Source of the DNA: Octopus bimaculoides
Taxonomy: Eukaryota
Assembly (NCBI RefSeq): GCF_001194135.2
Contig: NC_068996.1
Span: forward strand, 52,351,850-52,398,119
Length of the DNA stretch: 46,270 nt
Direction: 5' to 3'
Part shown: positions 1-12,072 of the stretch, piece after piece
How positions within the stretch are numbered: the first letter of the stretch is position 1
Layout: each line of letters starts with the position of its first letter
Made by a program: the position numbers and the translations under genes
The notes under the pieces: generated by a model
Told to the model about the DNA's origin: nothing
What the model saw: the letters and a program-made list of their open reading frames with translations, nothing else
Database searches by the model: none

Positions 1-399
1 AAACCTGTCGCCTAGCCTCCCTTCTGGCACATTGGTACAATTCCCTGCTACCACCGTTCTTCCAGTCCTTCCAAGCTTGTTTCTTTTGTCTAATAGCCCT
101 GTCTACCTCCTTGTTCCACCACCACGTTACTCTGGGTTGGGAGGGGACCTTACACCACCCACAAATCTGGTCGGTGGCTTTCAACAGGTTGTCCCGCAGA
201 AATCTCCAATTGTCTTCCACGTTGTATGATGCTATATCCCCTTCTATTTCGTTAAATGCTTCAAGTAACTTGTCTCTAAGTCTCTGTCCGTTTGCAGGGT
301 CTGTCACAAAATTAATAAATGAATAAATGAATGACAAGGAGGAAACTTACCTGTTTCACTAACCATGTTCTTAAGTATACAGGGCAGGTGATCAGAATC

Positions 400-1365
400 T
401 TTATTAATATAGAATAGCCTTTCAAAGGATTTTATAAGGGATTAAAGAAAGACTGGGATTCTAGAACCAAAAGTTCAACATGACTTAAATCAGCTGATGA
501 AAAACTTCTGACCATAAGTCCAGAAATGATCTCATGTTGGGCTGACCTCTTCAACATACTGCTCAGGGTACCCTCAGTCATTTGCCTAAGTTCAATCAAT
601 TGGTTCTGGAAAATCCCAACTGGGTGGATGAAGAAACTGACTGCTCAATATATCAGCTTAAAAAATGGTGAAACGCCTGGAGTAGACCAACTGTCTGGTG
701 AGCTACTTAAACATCCTGGGGAAAGAGCAAAACAGCTTCTCTGGAAATTATGAATAAAATGTGGTCAAAAAAAGGAGATCACACAAGAATAGGAGGATGT
801 TAATCTAGTCATCATTTTTAAGAAAGGAGATAGGACTGACTATGGGAACTATCAGGGATTTTCCCTACATTCAATTGCAGGAAAATATTTGCTAGAATAC
901 TCCTGAACACTCATTCTTAATAGAATTTCCTTGGAAATCCTCCCTAAACACATCATCAAATTCAAGAGAAATGCATGGAACAGAATACACCGACATATAA
1001 TAGCTTCATTGATTTTAAAAAAGCATTTCACACAGTGAATAAAGCAGGATTATGGCAGGCCTTGAGTCCTATGGGTGTCCTGAGAAGTTTGTTGAACTTG
1101 TGAATGGTTTCTATCAGTGTATGAATGCTAGGGTCAGCATAAACAATGAACTATCTGACCATTCGAAGTTACAAATGATGTTAATCAGGGTTGTATCATG
1201 ACTCCTACCCTCTTCAGTACATACCTCTCTGCTGCTGTTGAGAATGCATTTAGTAATATAAACACTGGTGTATCAGTACTAACAAGACCTGGTGCTAATC
1301 TATTTGACCTGTCCAAACTGAAATCAAAGATAAAGCTCATAAAACTCTCTTATGCTCACCAACTG
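400..1365 (+). mobile_element. Decayed RTE-clade (BovB-like) LINE reverse transcriptase fragment
   Basis: Broken frames give KNGETPGVDQLSGELLK, IFKKGDRTDYGNYQG.SL.SIAGK, DFKKAFHTVN, GCPEKFV, QGCIMTPTLFSTYLSA and GANLFDLSKLKSK. Multiple stops and frameshifts. Confidence 0.85.
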
Positions 1366-1789
1366 TGAGAGTTTATTTTCACACACCATTTTTACCATCT
1401 TTCTTTTTTATCATCATATTTCCAACAACTAATACTCAATCTAATAATCTGAAGCAGCCATGTATCTCCTCCATAGCAAAATACCTGGTCTTATTCTTTT
1501 ATCTCCCCACTCCCTAGTACCCCATCTCTCTCTCTCTCTCTCCCTCTCTCTCATACACACACACACACACAAAGAAACTTAGTCATGGGGAATTTTCTCA
1601 TTCCTGCTTTTTTTTCTGTCAAAGTGTACAATATTATAGAATCATTTCAGCAATCTTACCAATTGGTTTTGCACTGGGTATTAGATAACCATATATTAGA
1701 TACCAGGTCAGTTGACTAACATGACACACTCTTCAGAGATGACAAATATAGAAAAGATATGGTAACTGCTCTCTGTTATTGGAGGTGAA

Positions 1790-2590
1790 AAATGTTACAT
1801 CTGGTTTGTAAGCACTGTGAAAGAAGAAAGAACAAAGTCATGGGAGACAAATGTGTAAAGGCTTTATCAAGAATCATGTTCCTAGGTTCTAAAGTATCTG
1901 AGATGTCTGTATTGCAGCAAGAATCTGGTGGGTGAAAGTATATGCAGTGTGTGTTAAGGAGTTGGTATAGGTGTAGGGTTTTCCTTTTGTGCTGGTTAGC
2001 AGATGTCTAAATCTTTAAGTCCATGTTTGGGTGCCCATGTGTATGTGCGTAAATTTGTGCATGTTTTAGGTAAGGACTTTGCTGGATTCTCAGGATGTGA
2101 CAGTAAGAGGGCCAAAGGGGGAGAACCTAATGATTATAGTCATGGTGATGCGTGTAGGTAAGATAATATGTACTTGCAATCATGTGAGCAATGGCTGAAA
2201 ATCTCGTACCTGAAGTTTAAGTAGCTGTCCAGGTGCTGAGAATATTTTAATGATTCTTTTCCTAACTAAACATAATTTGCATTTTCTGCTGTAATTAAAA
2301 TAAAGCTTGAACTTCTAAGATTTTCAGCTTGATGTTGTACTCTGTGGTGCTTTGCTTTAATAACCATACATACCTAAACTGCTGTGCAACATTACATCTC
2401 TCCTGGTAAAGGACAAGTAAATTCCTTATTTTCACAGCAGCAAAAAATTCAGGTTATATTTAGCCGTTCTGGAAGTTTAGTTAGATGTCTAGGTGCTGAC
2501 TCTTTTTTTTTTTGGTTATAACTGGCATTGGGTTCTCTGGGTTGTAGAGAAATCAGAGTCTCAGGGTTTATTTAGTTTTACATCACAGTT
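1790..2590 (-). mobile_element. Decayed Penelope-like element, C-terminal GIY-YIG region plus 3' flank
   Basis: Minus-strand frames give CCCENKEFTCPLPG and SRKCKLCL..EKESLKYSQHLDSYLNFRYEIFSHCSHDCKYILS, matching the Cys-rich C-terminus typical of Penelope ORFs. Frameshifted. Confidence 0.7.
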
Positions 2591-3042
2591 TTGTATAAAC
2601 AAGTATGGCGAATACTAGCAGAAATAAACAACCTGGAGGACAATGTCCTATTAATATTATACAATATATATTGTAAAAAATGTATAATGTATGTTATATA
2701 TTCATCATCATTTAATGCCTGTCTTCCATGCTGTCATGGGTTGGATGATCTGACAGGAGCTGGCAAGTTAGAGTCCTATGCCAATAATATATATATATAT
2801 ATACACAAACACACACATGTAAATGTAGAACATTGAAATGAGTGCTCAACACTGCATTGATGGTTAAACAATTTCTTTATTTGTGAATTAAGGTTACCAT
2901 TGGTTTTATGTTAAGAATGGGGGCAAACACCTTTCTCCACGTGATTGACTTGAAAAATTAAGATACTTGGATATTTTCCTACTCTTCCTAACATGAAACC
3001 AATGGTAGCCTTAATTCACAAATAAAGAAAATATATATATAT

Positions 3043-4085
3043 CATCATCATCATCATCATCATCATCGTTTAACGTCCACCTTTCATGCTAGCATGGGTT
3101 AGGGTGGTTTCACAAGAGCTGGCCAGGCAGAAGCCTGTACCAGACTTCTGTGACTGTTTTGGCAGGATTTTTACAGCTGGATGCCCTTCCTAATGCCCTA
3201 ATACCCTTCCTGAGAATGTAGTGGGTGCTNNNNNNNNNNNNNNNNNNNNNNNNNNNNNNNNNNNNNNNNNNNNNNNNNNNNNNNNNNNNNNNNNNNNNNN
3301 NNNNNNNNNNNNNNNNNNNNNNNNNNNNNNNNNNNNNNNNNNNNNNNNNNNNNNNNNNNCATCATCATCATTATTTAACATCCGTTTTCCATGCTGGCAT
3401 GGGTTGGACGGTTCAACTGGGATCTCGAAAGCCAGAAGGCTGCACCAGGCTCCAGTCTGATCTGGCAGTGTTTCTACACCTGGATGCCCTTCCTAATGCC
3501 CTAATACCCTTCCTGAGAATGTAGTGGGTGCTTTTTTATGTGCCACTGGCACAGAGGCCAGAGGGGGCTGGCATTGACCATGATCAGATGGTGCTTTTTA
3601 TGTGCCACCAGCACAGGAACTAGTCAAGGTGGGGTTGACATCGGCCACATTTGGATGGTGCTTTTTACGTGCCACCGCTTTGGGTACCACAACTACAATT
3701 TCCATTTGATTGTTATTTGATTTGATTTTGATTTTGATGTACTTGACTCAAGCATGTTGCCCTGTGATTCAAGGTACTTTTTGAGTGGGCTGGTTATGTG
3801 ACACTGGCATACGCTACAGATGTGAACTCACTCTATTTGCCGGGTCTTCTCAGTTACAGCATATCTCCAGAGGTCTCGGTCTTTTGTCATTGCCTCTGTG
3901 AGGCCAAATGTTCGAAGATCATGATTCACCACCTTATCCCATGTCTTTCTGGGTCTCCCTCTGCCCTTGATTCCTTCCACTGTTATAGCACTTCTTCACA
4001 CAGCCCTCCTCATCCATCCATAGTAGATGACCATACCAACACAAATGTCTCTCTTGCATGCCACGTCCGATGCTTCTTGTGTCCA
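3043..4085 (-). mobile_element. RTE LINE 3' fragments (family A), two 3' ends either side of gap 3230-3359, with ORF remnant 3850-4085
   Basis: (CAT)n then tttaacgtcc..ccatgctagcatgg, then gatgcccttcctaa. Decayed ORF end (gggtcttctc ... gaggtctcggt ... gcctctgtgaggcccaa) as in the 22800 copy. Confidence 0.8.
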
Positions 4086-4380
4086 ACATTTCTCTCAGGG
4101 CACTTCCGCACACACATGCACACACATACATACACGCATACATACATACATACATACATACATGCATTACTTTCTGACTCACCTCATGTGTGTAGGTATA
4201 TACAAGTTTTTGCGAAAATTACTTTACACAGACACAATATTTAAAGTTATTAAGTATTTAAAAAATCTTTTTTGAGAAACGGAATGCCAAACATTTGGAA
4301 AGAAGTATTCATGTTGTGTATAAACACTTTTGTTATTCAGCTTTCTAAACACATACGTTCTAGAATATTGCATATAAAGA

Positions 4381-4495
4381 AATGAGATGGTTGGATTATA
4401 TCCATTGTCTCAGGTGGTCACACATGGGAGTCCAGCTGGATAGTGTAATGACAGTCACTTCTGATAGGACTTTATGGAGGGCTCTACTGCCACAA
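4381..4495 (+). mobile_element. Short RTE/BovB-like ORF2 C-terminal remnant
   Basis: MRWLDYI...DSVMTVTSDRTLWRALL resembles the RWLD...DRxxWR end of RTE ORFs. Confidence 0.45.
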
Positions 4496-4827
4496 CTCTC
4501 TCACAATTATATAGAAGATGGATGGATGTATTGCATAGTTAGTGAATGTAAGGATTGTAGAAATCTACATGAATTTCATGTAGAAACCTGGCCAACAGAA
4601 TGTCAAAAGAGAAAAATCAGAATCCATAATGATTATTTAATCCAAAGGAAACTCACCACTCAGTTTATTTGTATATTTATCACAGAGTGTAAAAGTAAAG
4701 AAATGAAGGAATGAAGATGATGGTATGACATCAACTTTATTAAAGGTTACAAATATTTCAATAGTTTATGGAATCATTTCATCAATTGACACATTGCTTT
4801 GTACATATAAACATTGTGTAAATCATT

Positions 4828-5310
4828 ATCTTCATCATTTAATGTCTGCTTTCAATGCTGGCATGGGTTGGATGGTTTGACTGAAAACTGGTAAGTCTGA
4901 TTTGGCAAGGTTTCTATGGCTGGGTGCCCTTCCTAACACCAACCACTCCAGGAGTGTAGTGGATGCTTTTTATGTGCCACCAGCACGGGTACCATCGATG
5001 TGACACTGGCATCGGTCATGATTGCAATTTCACTTGGTTTGACAGGTCTACACAAGGTTGGTATATCACCAAAAGTCTCACTTACCTGTCATTGTCTCTG
5101 TGAGGCCCAACACTCAAACAGTGCTTTTTACATGCCACCGGCATGGATGCCAGTTAGACAGCACTGGTATTGGCCACAACTACAACTTCACTTGGCTTAA
5201 CAAGTCTTCTCAGGCATAGCATATCACCCAACATTTGAAGGGTGCTTTTTACATGCCTGTTACGCAACACTGGCATCAGCCACAACTACGATCTCACTTA
5301 TCGGCAAGAT
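4828..5310 (-). mobile_element. Old family A RTE 3' UTR copy
   Basis: Diverged terminal module (tcatcatttaatgtctgctttcaatgctggcatggg), gggtgcccttcctaa core and repeated ggtgctttttacatgcc modules. Confidence 0.75.
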
Positions 5311-5456
5311 CTTAAAGACCTTTGTAAATCCATACAGCAATTAATTAATTAATGAAGTTACTTGCAGGAGATATATTGAGGGATGTTATGTTGCAGGATA
5401 TCAGATTAGAAATTAAATGTCAAACATTGACTCCATGAATGTTTGAATGGATATCT

Positions 5457-6254
5457 CAGTATATTTCCATTTGATGTAGTTTAAACCTGTTTGTACCACT
5501 GTCCTGACATGTCAAGGGGTCGTCAGGGATGGAGAGAAAAGAATTTACTAGATACACCAGAATTTCAAAGGGATGGCAGTTTGTTACTACAATCTCAGAA
5601 ATATCAGTAAAGAGAGAAATTGTAGAATAAAGATTTGTTTAGAGATGAGAGATTTGAAAGGAAATAAAATGGAATGGGCAGGTGTGGGTTTGTTAGAATG
5701 GAAGCAGGGAATAAATTAATGCCCACCTTGGTAATCAGGTCAAGATGATATGAGGTCCACTACAAATAAATTAGATACATTAGTTAAGTGATTGGTAGGT
5801 TACACAAGAAATAATTCAAGTCAGGTGTGAGAGAATTAATAGGGTAAGAACACTACCATGAATGTAGTTGAATCAATATAAGTTAGCTAGCATTTATCTT
5901 TTACTTGCTTAAGTCATTGGACTGTGGCCATGCTGGGGCACCACCTTGAATTTTTAGTCGAATGAATCAACCCCAGGACTTATTTTTTAAGCCTGGTACT
6001 TATTCTATCGGTCTCTTTTTGCCAAACTGCTAACTTACAGGGATGCAAACACCCCAGCACCAGTTGTCAAGCAGTAGTGGGGGATAAACAGAGACACAGG
6101 TATATACTGATACTTCTAAGATTGTAGTAATAAACTGCCATCCCTTTGAAATTCTGGTGTATCTAGTAAATTCCTTTCTCTCCATCACTGATGACCCCTT
6201 GACATGTCAGGACAGTGGTACAAATAGGTTTAAACTACATCAAATGGAAATATA

Positions 6255-6257
<3 letters not shown>
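5457..6257. repeat. Long inverted repeat: arms 5457-5609 and 6105-6257 (153 bp each), about 495-bp spacer
   Basis: Manual reverse-complement alignment is ungapped, with about 7 mismatches in 153. Confidence 0.92.
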
Positions 6258-6288
<31 letters not shown>

Positions 6289-6639
6289 NNNNNNNNNNNN
6301 NNNNNNNNNNNNNNNNNNNNNNNNNNNNNNNNNNNNNNNNNNNNNNNNNNNNNNNNNNNNNNNNNNNNNNNNNNNNNNNNNNNNNNNNNNNNNNNNNNNN
6401 NNNNNNNNNNNNNNNNNNNNNNNNNNNNNNNNNNNNNNNNNNNNNNNNNNNNNNNNNNNNNNNNNNNNNNNNATATATATACTACAGGCTTCTTTCAGTT
6501 TCTGTCTACCAAATCCACTCACAAGGCTTTGGTTGGCCTAAGGCTATAGTTGAAGACACTTGTCTGAGGTGCCACACAGTGGGACCGAACCTGGAACCAT
6601 GGGAAGCAAGCTTCTTACCACACAACCACACCTGCGCCT
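5893..6639 (-). mobile_element. tRNA-derived SINE family B (head 6478-6639, tail 5893-6100), internal (TA)n carrying a 153-bp insert and a gap
   Basis: Reverse complement of the head (A box tggttgtgtggt, B box ggttcggtccc, CORE-like ctcagacaagtgtcttc) and of the tail ending aatgacttaagcaagtaaaagataaa. Confidence 0.8.
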
Positions 6640-6902
6640 ATGTGGAATTTTTATGTGAAAATTTTTAGAAGGCTTTATTAAATAAGTGACAACAGCAGAT
6701 TAATTACAAATTATGATAATTAATTAAATTAGACCTACATTTGAGAATTTCCAACATATTATAGATACTGCCACCCTCTCTGTATGGAAGAACACTACCT
6801 ATAAATGACCAAAAAATTGAGTAGTTGATATCTCCTTGGGGTCCCAAATGAACTTAGCCAATAAAGTGCATTGTTCTTTTCTTTTGTATTTAAAAAAGTG
6901 AA

Positions 6903-7050
6903 TATCATCATCATCATCATCATTGTTTAACATCCGCCTTTCATGCTTCCATGGGTGGAACAGTTTCACAAGAGCTGGCCAGGCCAAACTTCTGTGACTG
7001 TTTTGGCAGGATTTTTACAGCTGGATGTCCTTCCTAACACCAACCACTCC
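6903..7050 (-). mobile_element. Family A RTE 3' end
   Basis: (CAT)n-tgtttaacatccgcc ... cagctggatgtccttcctaacaccaaccactcc. Confidence 0.8.
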
Positions 7051-7989
7051 TGTGTAATAATAGATTTTCAGTGTTTTAACAGTGCATTTATACTTTAAAT
7101 CATCCATCAAACATTGGTTATTTAAAGGGCATTTCTGATGGTCCTTACAGCTGCACATACTATTAAGTTTGTTGTCATGACTTTATTTTATTAGCATAAG
7201 TATTATTACTATGAAGAGATATTGCATTACCATCATTATCATTTTTTATATTTTTATATTGTAGATGACCTGGATTTATTTACTCCTTGAATAATTAAAA
7301 GTACATTTAATATTCCTAATGGTATTTTATTCCTTACTGTTGATTTCAGCTATGTTATCCACTAGACTAGATGTAGTGGGATACACAAATTTCATGGTAT
7401 ATCTATTGTATATGTCATTATATCTGTTACTATAGAAGAATGCTTATCTAATGCTCTAAAGAAAATTCCTGGAATACTTATAGCTACCCAAATTCTATAG
7501 AGGGTATTAAACCATGTGATATTTCTTTTACATACTCTAGTTCTATTGGTTTGTTGTTATTTATATTAGTTTGGTTGGTTTTACATACATTGGTTTTCTT
7601 AGAGTTATGGGATGTGCAACCATTATTTCCAGGGTTAAATTTGTTATTATATTTGGTCTGCTCACTCATACCTAATTAAGGTCTAATTTCTGAATTTTTC
7701 AGATATTTGTCAGGGTTTTCAAGAGAAATACTTGAAATACTTAGACAATTTGCTTCCTTAACTGGAATTTTGGTTATTCACTCTGTAGACTGTCGATTCC
7801 TTATTTATTCTACTCCTGTCTTTGTTATAAGCACTTATATTCCTATGTCTATTATTACACTAATTAATTTTACTTTGATGTTTATTAATATGTTTATATT
7901 CTTGTGAGTGCAGTCCACTGTCCTCAGGTATTTTCTCATTCTCCTCTCAGGAATATAACAAATCTTCTCAGTATACCTAGGTACCATCC

Positions 7990-8215
7990 AAAGTATGATG
8001 GACTATGCTAGTATGGTACATGAATAATGAGATAGCTGGTGGCATATAAAAAGCACCCAGGATACTCTGCTAAGTGGTTGGCATTAGCAAGGGTATCCAG
8101 CCGTAGAAACCATACCCCAACAGACAGTTGGGGTATGGACAGCTCCCTGCTGGTCAGCTCCATGTCAAACCATTCAACCTATGCCAGCATGGAAAGAGGA
8201 TGTTAAATGATGATG
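7990..8215 (+). mobile_element. Old family A RTE 3' UTR copy
   Basis: ggcacataaaaagcaccc ... aagggtatccagccgtagaaacc ... atgccagcatggaaagaggatgttaaatgatgatga. Confidence 0.75.
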
Positions 8216-8305
8216 ATTTTTCCTTCCGAGTAACAGTCTACATGTTAATGGAAGAGAGACCTACAAAAAGAATGGACACCTTCCTTTGTTTCTTAGACTA
8301 AAATA

Positions 8306-8339
<34 letters not shown>

Positions 8340-8361
8340 AGTGTGTGTGTGTCAGAAGAGT

Positions 8362-8590
8362 TTAACCTTTAGCATTCAGGTTACTCTGTCCAATATAATG
8401 TTTATTTATTCACATTGTTTTGTATTAATCATTTATCATCTCATAAATTCGGGATTTTGATGAGGAAATTGTTTATTTTTGGAATGATAGGTAGAATTTT
8501 TGGTATGGTAGGTGTGAGCAGCTGGATTTAACTGGTTTTGACATAAGACAAGTGAAATATTTGGGCTTGATGTGGCTGGCTTAAATGCTG
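8362..8590. mobile_element. piggyBac-like MITE family P1, copy 1 (right end decayed)
   Basis: Starts TTAA-CCTTTAGCATTCAG. Internal sequence matches copies at 17100 and 23946. Confidence 0.6.
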
Positions 8591-8858
8591 CAGCAATAAA
8601 CTAGAAACAAAACCAGGAATCCATGAAAAATGATAAAGAAATTTAAGGTGTTTTTGCTTAAAAGCTCCAACAGAAAATAACAGTAACTCATTATCTTTAA
8701 GAGCAATAATAGTAAGTATGCTACTTGAGTGGTGAGGTAGATGTAACTACTATCTATTATTGAGAAACATCCTCTGGCTTAATCACTACTTTGAATTAAA
8801 TTGTTATTTGTATATTTTTAAGCAGTTTAGTTAACGTTTTTCAAACATTTTCTTACAG

Positions 8859-8950
8859 ATTGCTACCATTTTGAGAAACTACGGATTTGATGATGAAATA
8901 ATAGGAATCTGTATGCATACAAATGAAACTACACCAGCTATTTTACTTGG
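8859..8950 (+). CDS. AASDH: AASDH/ACSF4 (beta-alanine-activating NRPS-like enzyme), internal coding exon a: IATILRNYGFDDEIIGICMHTNETTPAILL(G)
   Basis: Acceptor ttttcttacag|ATT and donor GG|gtatgt. 92 nt, phase 0 in, phase 2 out, joins exon b in frame (GG+A=Gly, giving LLGILQVPAA). There is an in-frame TAA just upstream, so an earlier exon is required. Confidence 0.85.
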
Positions 8951-9631
8951 GTATGTTATGAATAATTTAATTTTTACTTGGGTATTTATAACTTTATAAC
9001 TTGGGTAGATATTTACTTCAACTTAATTATATTATGGCTGTTTTTACTTTTTAAAAAAGCTGTTTCCTAGATATAAATAGCTCTGTGGTTCTCCTACAAC
9101 AAGAACCTACTCTACTCCATCCTCTTCTTTCATACCTTAATCTTCATCTGCTAGCATAAATCCCCTCCCCTTAGGTTTTATAGTCTTGTAAGCTGCATGA
9201 TGACCTCACTAATGCTGGTGGTGCAAGAAAAGCACCTAGTGGAGACTGTCAAGTGGTTAGCATTAGGAAAAGCATTCAGCTGTAGAAACCATACCAAGGC
9301 TGACAGTAGAGTGCAATGCAGTCCTTGGACCCATTAGATTCTGTGGTAGTGTGGAACATGGACTTTAAATGATGATATCCTTTTAATGTATTGAGTATCT
9401 TTCTAAACATGAATGAGTTATTTGAACAGGCAATATACAACCCCTATATATTGTTATTTGACTTCCTTGAGAAATCTCAACAAATTATACAAAATTTTGC
9501 TTCACAGTTTCTTTGAATCTTAGAATGTTCTGTTGTAAATTGTATTTCACATAATCTGCCAGTATCAGTTGATTTTGGTTCTCCCTTCTTCTGCCAATGT
9601 ATGAATCTATCTCTTTCACTATGTGTTTCAG

Positions 9632-9749
9632 AATACTTCAGGTTCCAGCTGCATTTTACTTCTTTGAACCTGGTGCTGAGAAGTTTATCCTGAAGGCTTT
9701 GAAGTCACTTAATTCCGCTGTTGTTGTTGTTGACATTTCTTATTTGAAG
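9632..9749 (+). CDS. AASDH: AASDH exon b: (G)ILQVPAAFYFFEPGAEKFILKALKSLNSAVVVVDISYLK
   Basis: tgtttcag|A ... AAG|gtttgt, 118 nt. ILQVPAA is the A2-region motif I recognise from AASDH orthologues (human GILQVPAAYVPIEP). Confidence 0.92.
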
Positions 9750-10092
9750 GTTTGTATATTTTCTAAATCTAAAGAGGTAGCAATTACCATATCAAGACTG
9801 CAGAAATATAATTTCAAGCATGGCCCATTTTCTTGTTGGGATTAAATGTTTTGTTTTGCCTTCACATTTAAAATATTTGATCGTTAACAAGCATCACTTT
9901 CAGCTTTATTTTTCATTAATGTTTTAATTAAGATAAAGATTTGTTTATGTGTAAGTGCAGATATACATCTGTGGTTAAGAGATTTTTTTCTACAGCCACA
10001 CAGTTTCAGGTGATATCCTATTGTGTAGACTTGGATTGCGGGTGGAATTGTCAATAAATGTATGTGTGTATAATATATACATACATATATAA

Positions 10093-10341
10093 TATCATCA
10101 TCATCATCATCATCATCGTTTAACGTCCGCTTTCCATGCTAGCATGGGTTGGACGATTTGACTGAGGACTGGTGAAACCGGATGGCAACACCAGGCTCCA
10201 GTCTGATTTGGCAGAGTTTCTACCTTCCTAACGCCAACCACTCAGAGAGTGTAGTGGGTGCTTTTACGTGTCACCCGCACGAAAACGGCCACGCTCGAAA
10301 TGGTGTCTTTTATGTGCCACCCGCACAAGCCAGTCCAGGGG

Positions 10342-10345
<4 letters not shown>
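10093..10345 (-). mobile_element. Young family A RTE 3' UTR copy
   Basis: CpG-rich. Matches 22800-23160 by eye except for an 11-nt deletion (cagctggatgc). Confidence 0.9.
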
Positions 10346-10389
<44 letters not shown>

Positions 10390-10429
10390 CAAGGAGGAGA
10401 AGGCACAGAGAGTGTGATAGCTGGAATAA

Positions 10430-11000
10430 GAGTAGGGTGGAGGAAATTCAGAGAGTTGTCACCTCTGTTCGCAGTGAAAGGAGAATTGTATGATGCATGT
10501 ATACAGACAGCAATTCCACATGGTTAATGAGACGTGGGCCCTGAATGTAGAGGACATGCAAAGGTTAGAATGAAATGAGGCTAGTATGCTCTGCTGGATG
10601 TATAATGTAAGTGTACATGTTTGACAAAGTGCTAGTGTTTTGAGAGAGAATTTAGGCATAAGAAGAAATAGTTGCTGTGTGCAAGAGAGAAGACTGTGCT
10701 GGTTTGGTCATGTGATGCAGATGGATGCTGACAGCTCCATAAAGAAATGCCAATCTCTAAAAGATGGAACAAGAGGAAATGGGAGACCCAGGAAGACATG
10801 GAATGAAGTACTGAAGAATGACCTCAGGACGCTGAACCTTTCGGGTGAGATGACAAAGGATTGAAATGCTTGGTGCCTTGCTGTACTCAAGACGACCTAT
10901 ACTGCACAGGAAAAGTGTTGAGGCTGGTCCTTCTGGTGGTGAAAATTACTTGTGGTGGTGCACCCAGCACACTCTGTAAAGTGGTTGACGTTAGGAAAAG
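10430..11000 (+). mobile_element. Decayed RTE ORF2 3' portion plus start of 3' UTR
   Basis: ORF 10640-10864 RRLCWFGHVMQMD...GRPRKTWNEVLKNDLRTLNL, and upstream KGELYDAC..ETWALNVEDM. Confidence 0.85.
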
Positions 11001-11522
11001 AGAGAGTAGAAATCAATAATATAAGCAAAGTGAAAGAAAATGGTTGTGAATTTCTTTGTTTTCAATTCAGTGCATATGTGATTTTATTCTCCCTATCCAC
11101 ACATGCCCACTTGCACAGATCTAAATACAAAGTGATGTACTACATATATCCCTACCCCCCATATATATTTATGATAAGTCAAAATAGTAACAGGAACCAC
11201 CCATAGACCCCACAGATCCTTCTGACTGATGTAAATTAATAAATATCCCTTAGTTAAACATTTGATACATGCAGCCAGAACACAAACAAAACTTTTCCCT
11301 GAGAAAACAAACATGTATTAAGATTCCCCTTAAAATCCATGGATTTTGCAAATCACATTCGTAATATCCTATGAATGGGGAATACAACAAGTAAGGCATG
11401 AGGTTTGTGGAAACACACGTAACAATGCGTTAAAGGATTTATGTATTTCCATTGTATATTTTTAATTATCAGTAAAATATGTTACTACACAAACAATAAA
11501 CTAGTTTATTTTAATTTTTCAG

Positions 11523-11731
11523 GATATAGAAAACATTTTATTTCTTTTAAATCCAGAAGTGTTAGTATTGATTCCTGAATGGCAGTTGATTGTCATAAAA
11601 CTGAATGGAGTAAATCGACAGAAGTATTCCATCCATCTTGCCTATTGTATCAGCACTTCAGGTTCTACAGGAGTTCCTAAAATAGTGAGAGTTCCACATA
11701 AATCTATTGTGCCGAATGTAATTCATTTGAG
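11523..11731 (+). CDS. AASDH: AASDH exon c with P-loop/A3 motif LAYCISTSGSTGVPKIVRVPHKSIVPNV
   Basis: atttttcag|GAT ... AG|gtaggt, 209 nt open frame. ANL-superfamily TSGSTGxPK motif followed by the AASDH-typical IVRVPH. Confidence 0.95.
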
Positions 11732-11853
11732 GTAGGTGACTGGTGTATTGTTGTTTTACACAAATGAAGCAGACAGATTTTTTTAAAAAAACATATTGCT
11801 TTATTTCAATGTCTTAATTATCCATTTTTTTTTTTTTAATATTAAATCTCATG

Positions 11854-12072
11854 AAGATGGTGAGCTGACAGAATTGTTAACATACTGGGCAAAATGTTTA
11901 GTGGTATTTTGTCTGTATTTAGGTTATGAGTTCAAATTCCGCCAAGGTCAACTTTACCTCTCATCCTTTCGGGGGTGATAAAATAAGTACTAGTTGAGTA
12001 CTGGGGTAAATTAAATCGACTTCCTACCTTCCCTGAACTTGCTGGTCTTGTGCCAAAAATTTGAAGTCAATA
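11854..12072 (+). mobile_element. tRNA-derived SINE family C, old copy
   Basis: ggtgagctgacagaa ... gagttcaaattccgcc (B box) ... tcatcctttcgggg ... aagtactagttg. Confidence 0.75.

Noticed and set aside
7340-7500. Candidate AASDH start exon (MLSTRLDVVGYTNFM|gt, or ...SVTIEECLSNALK)
   Set aside because: The first has no resemblance to AASDH N-termini; the second has no ATG or GT donor in the needed position.
7480-7990. Possible Penelope N-terminal remnant on the minus strand
   Set aside because: Composition is suggestive but I could not recover a diagnostic motif.
8645-8711. Strong donor-like ATA|gtaagt upstream of exon a
   Set aside because: The frame is closed by TAA a short way upstream, there is no pyrimidine-rich acceptor and no homology.
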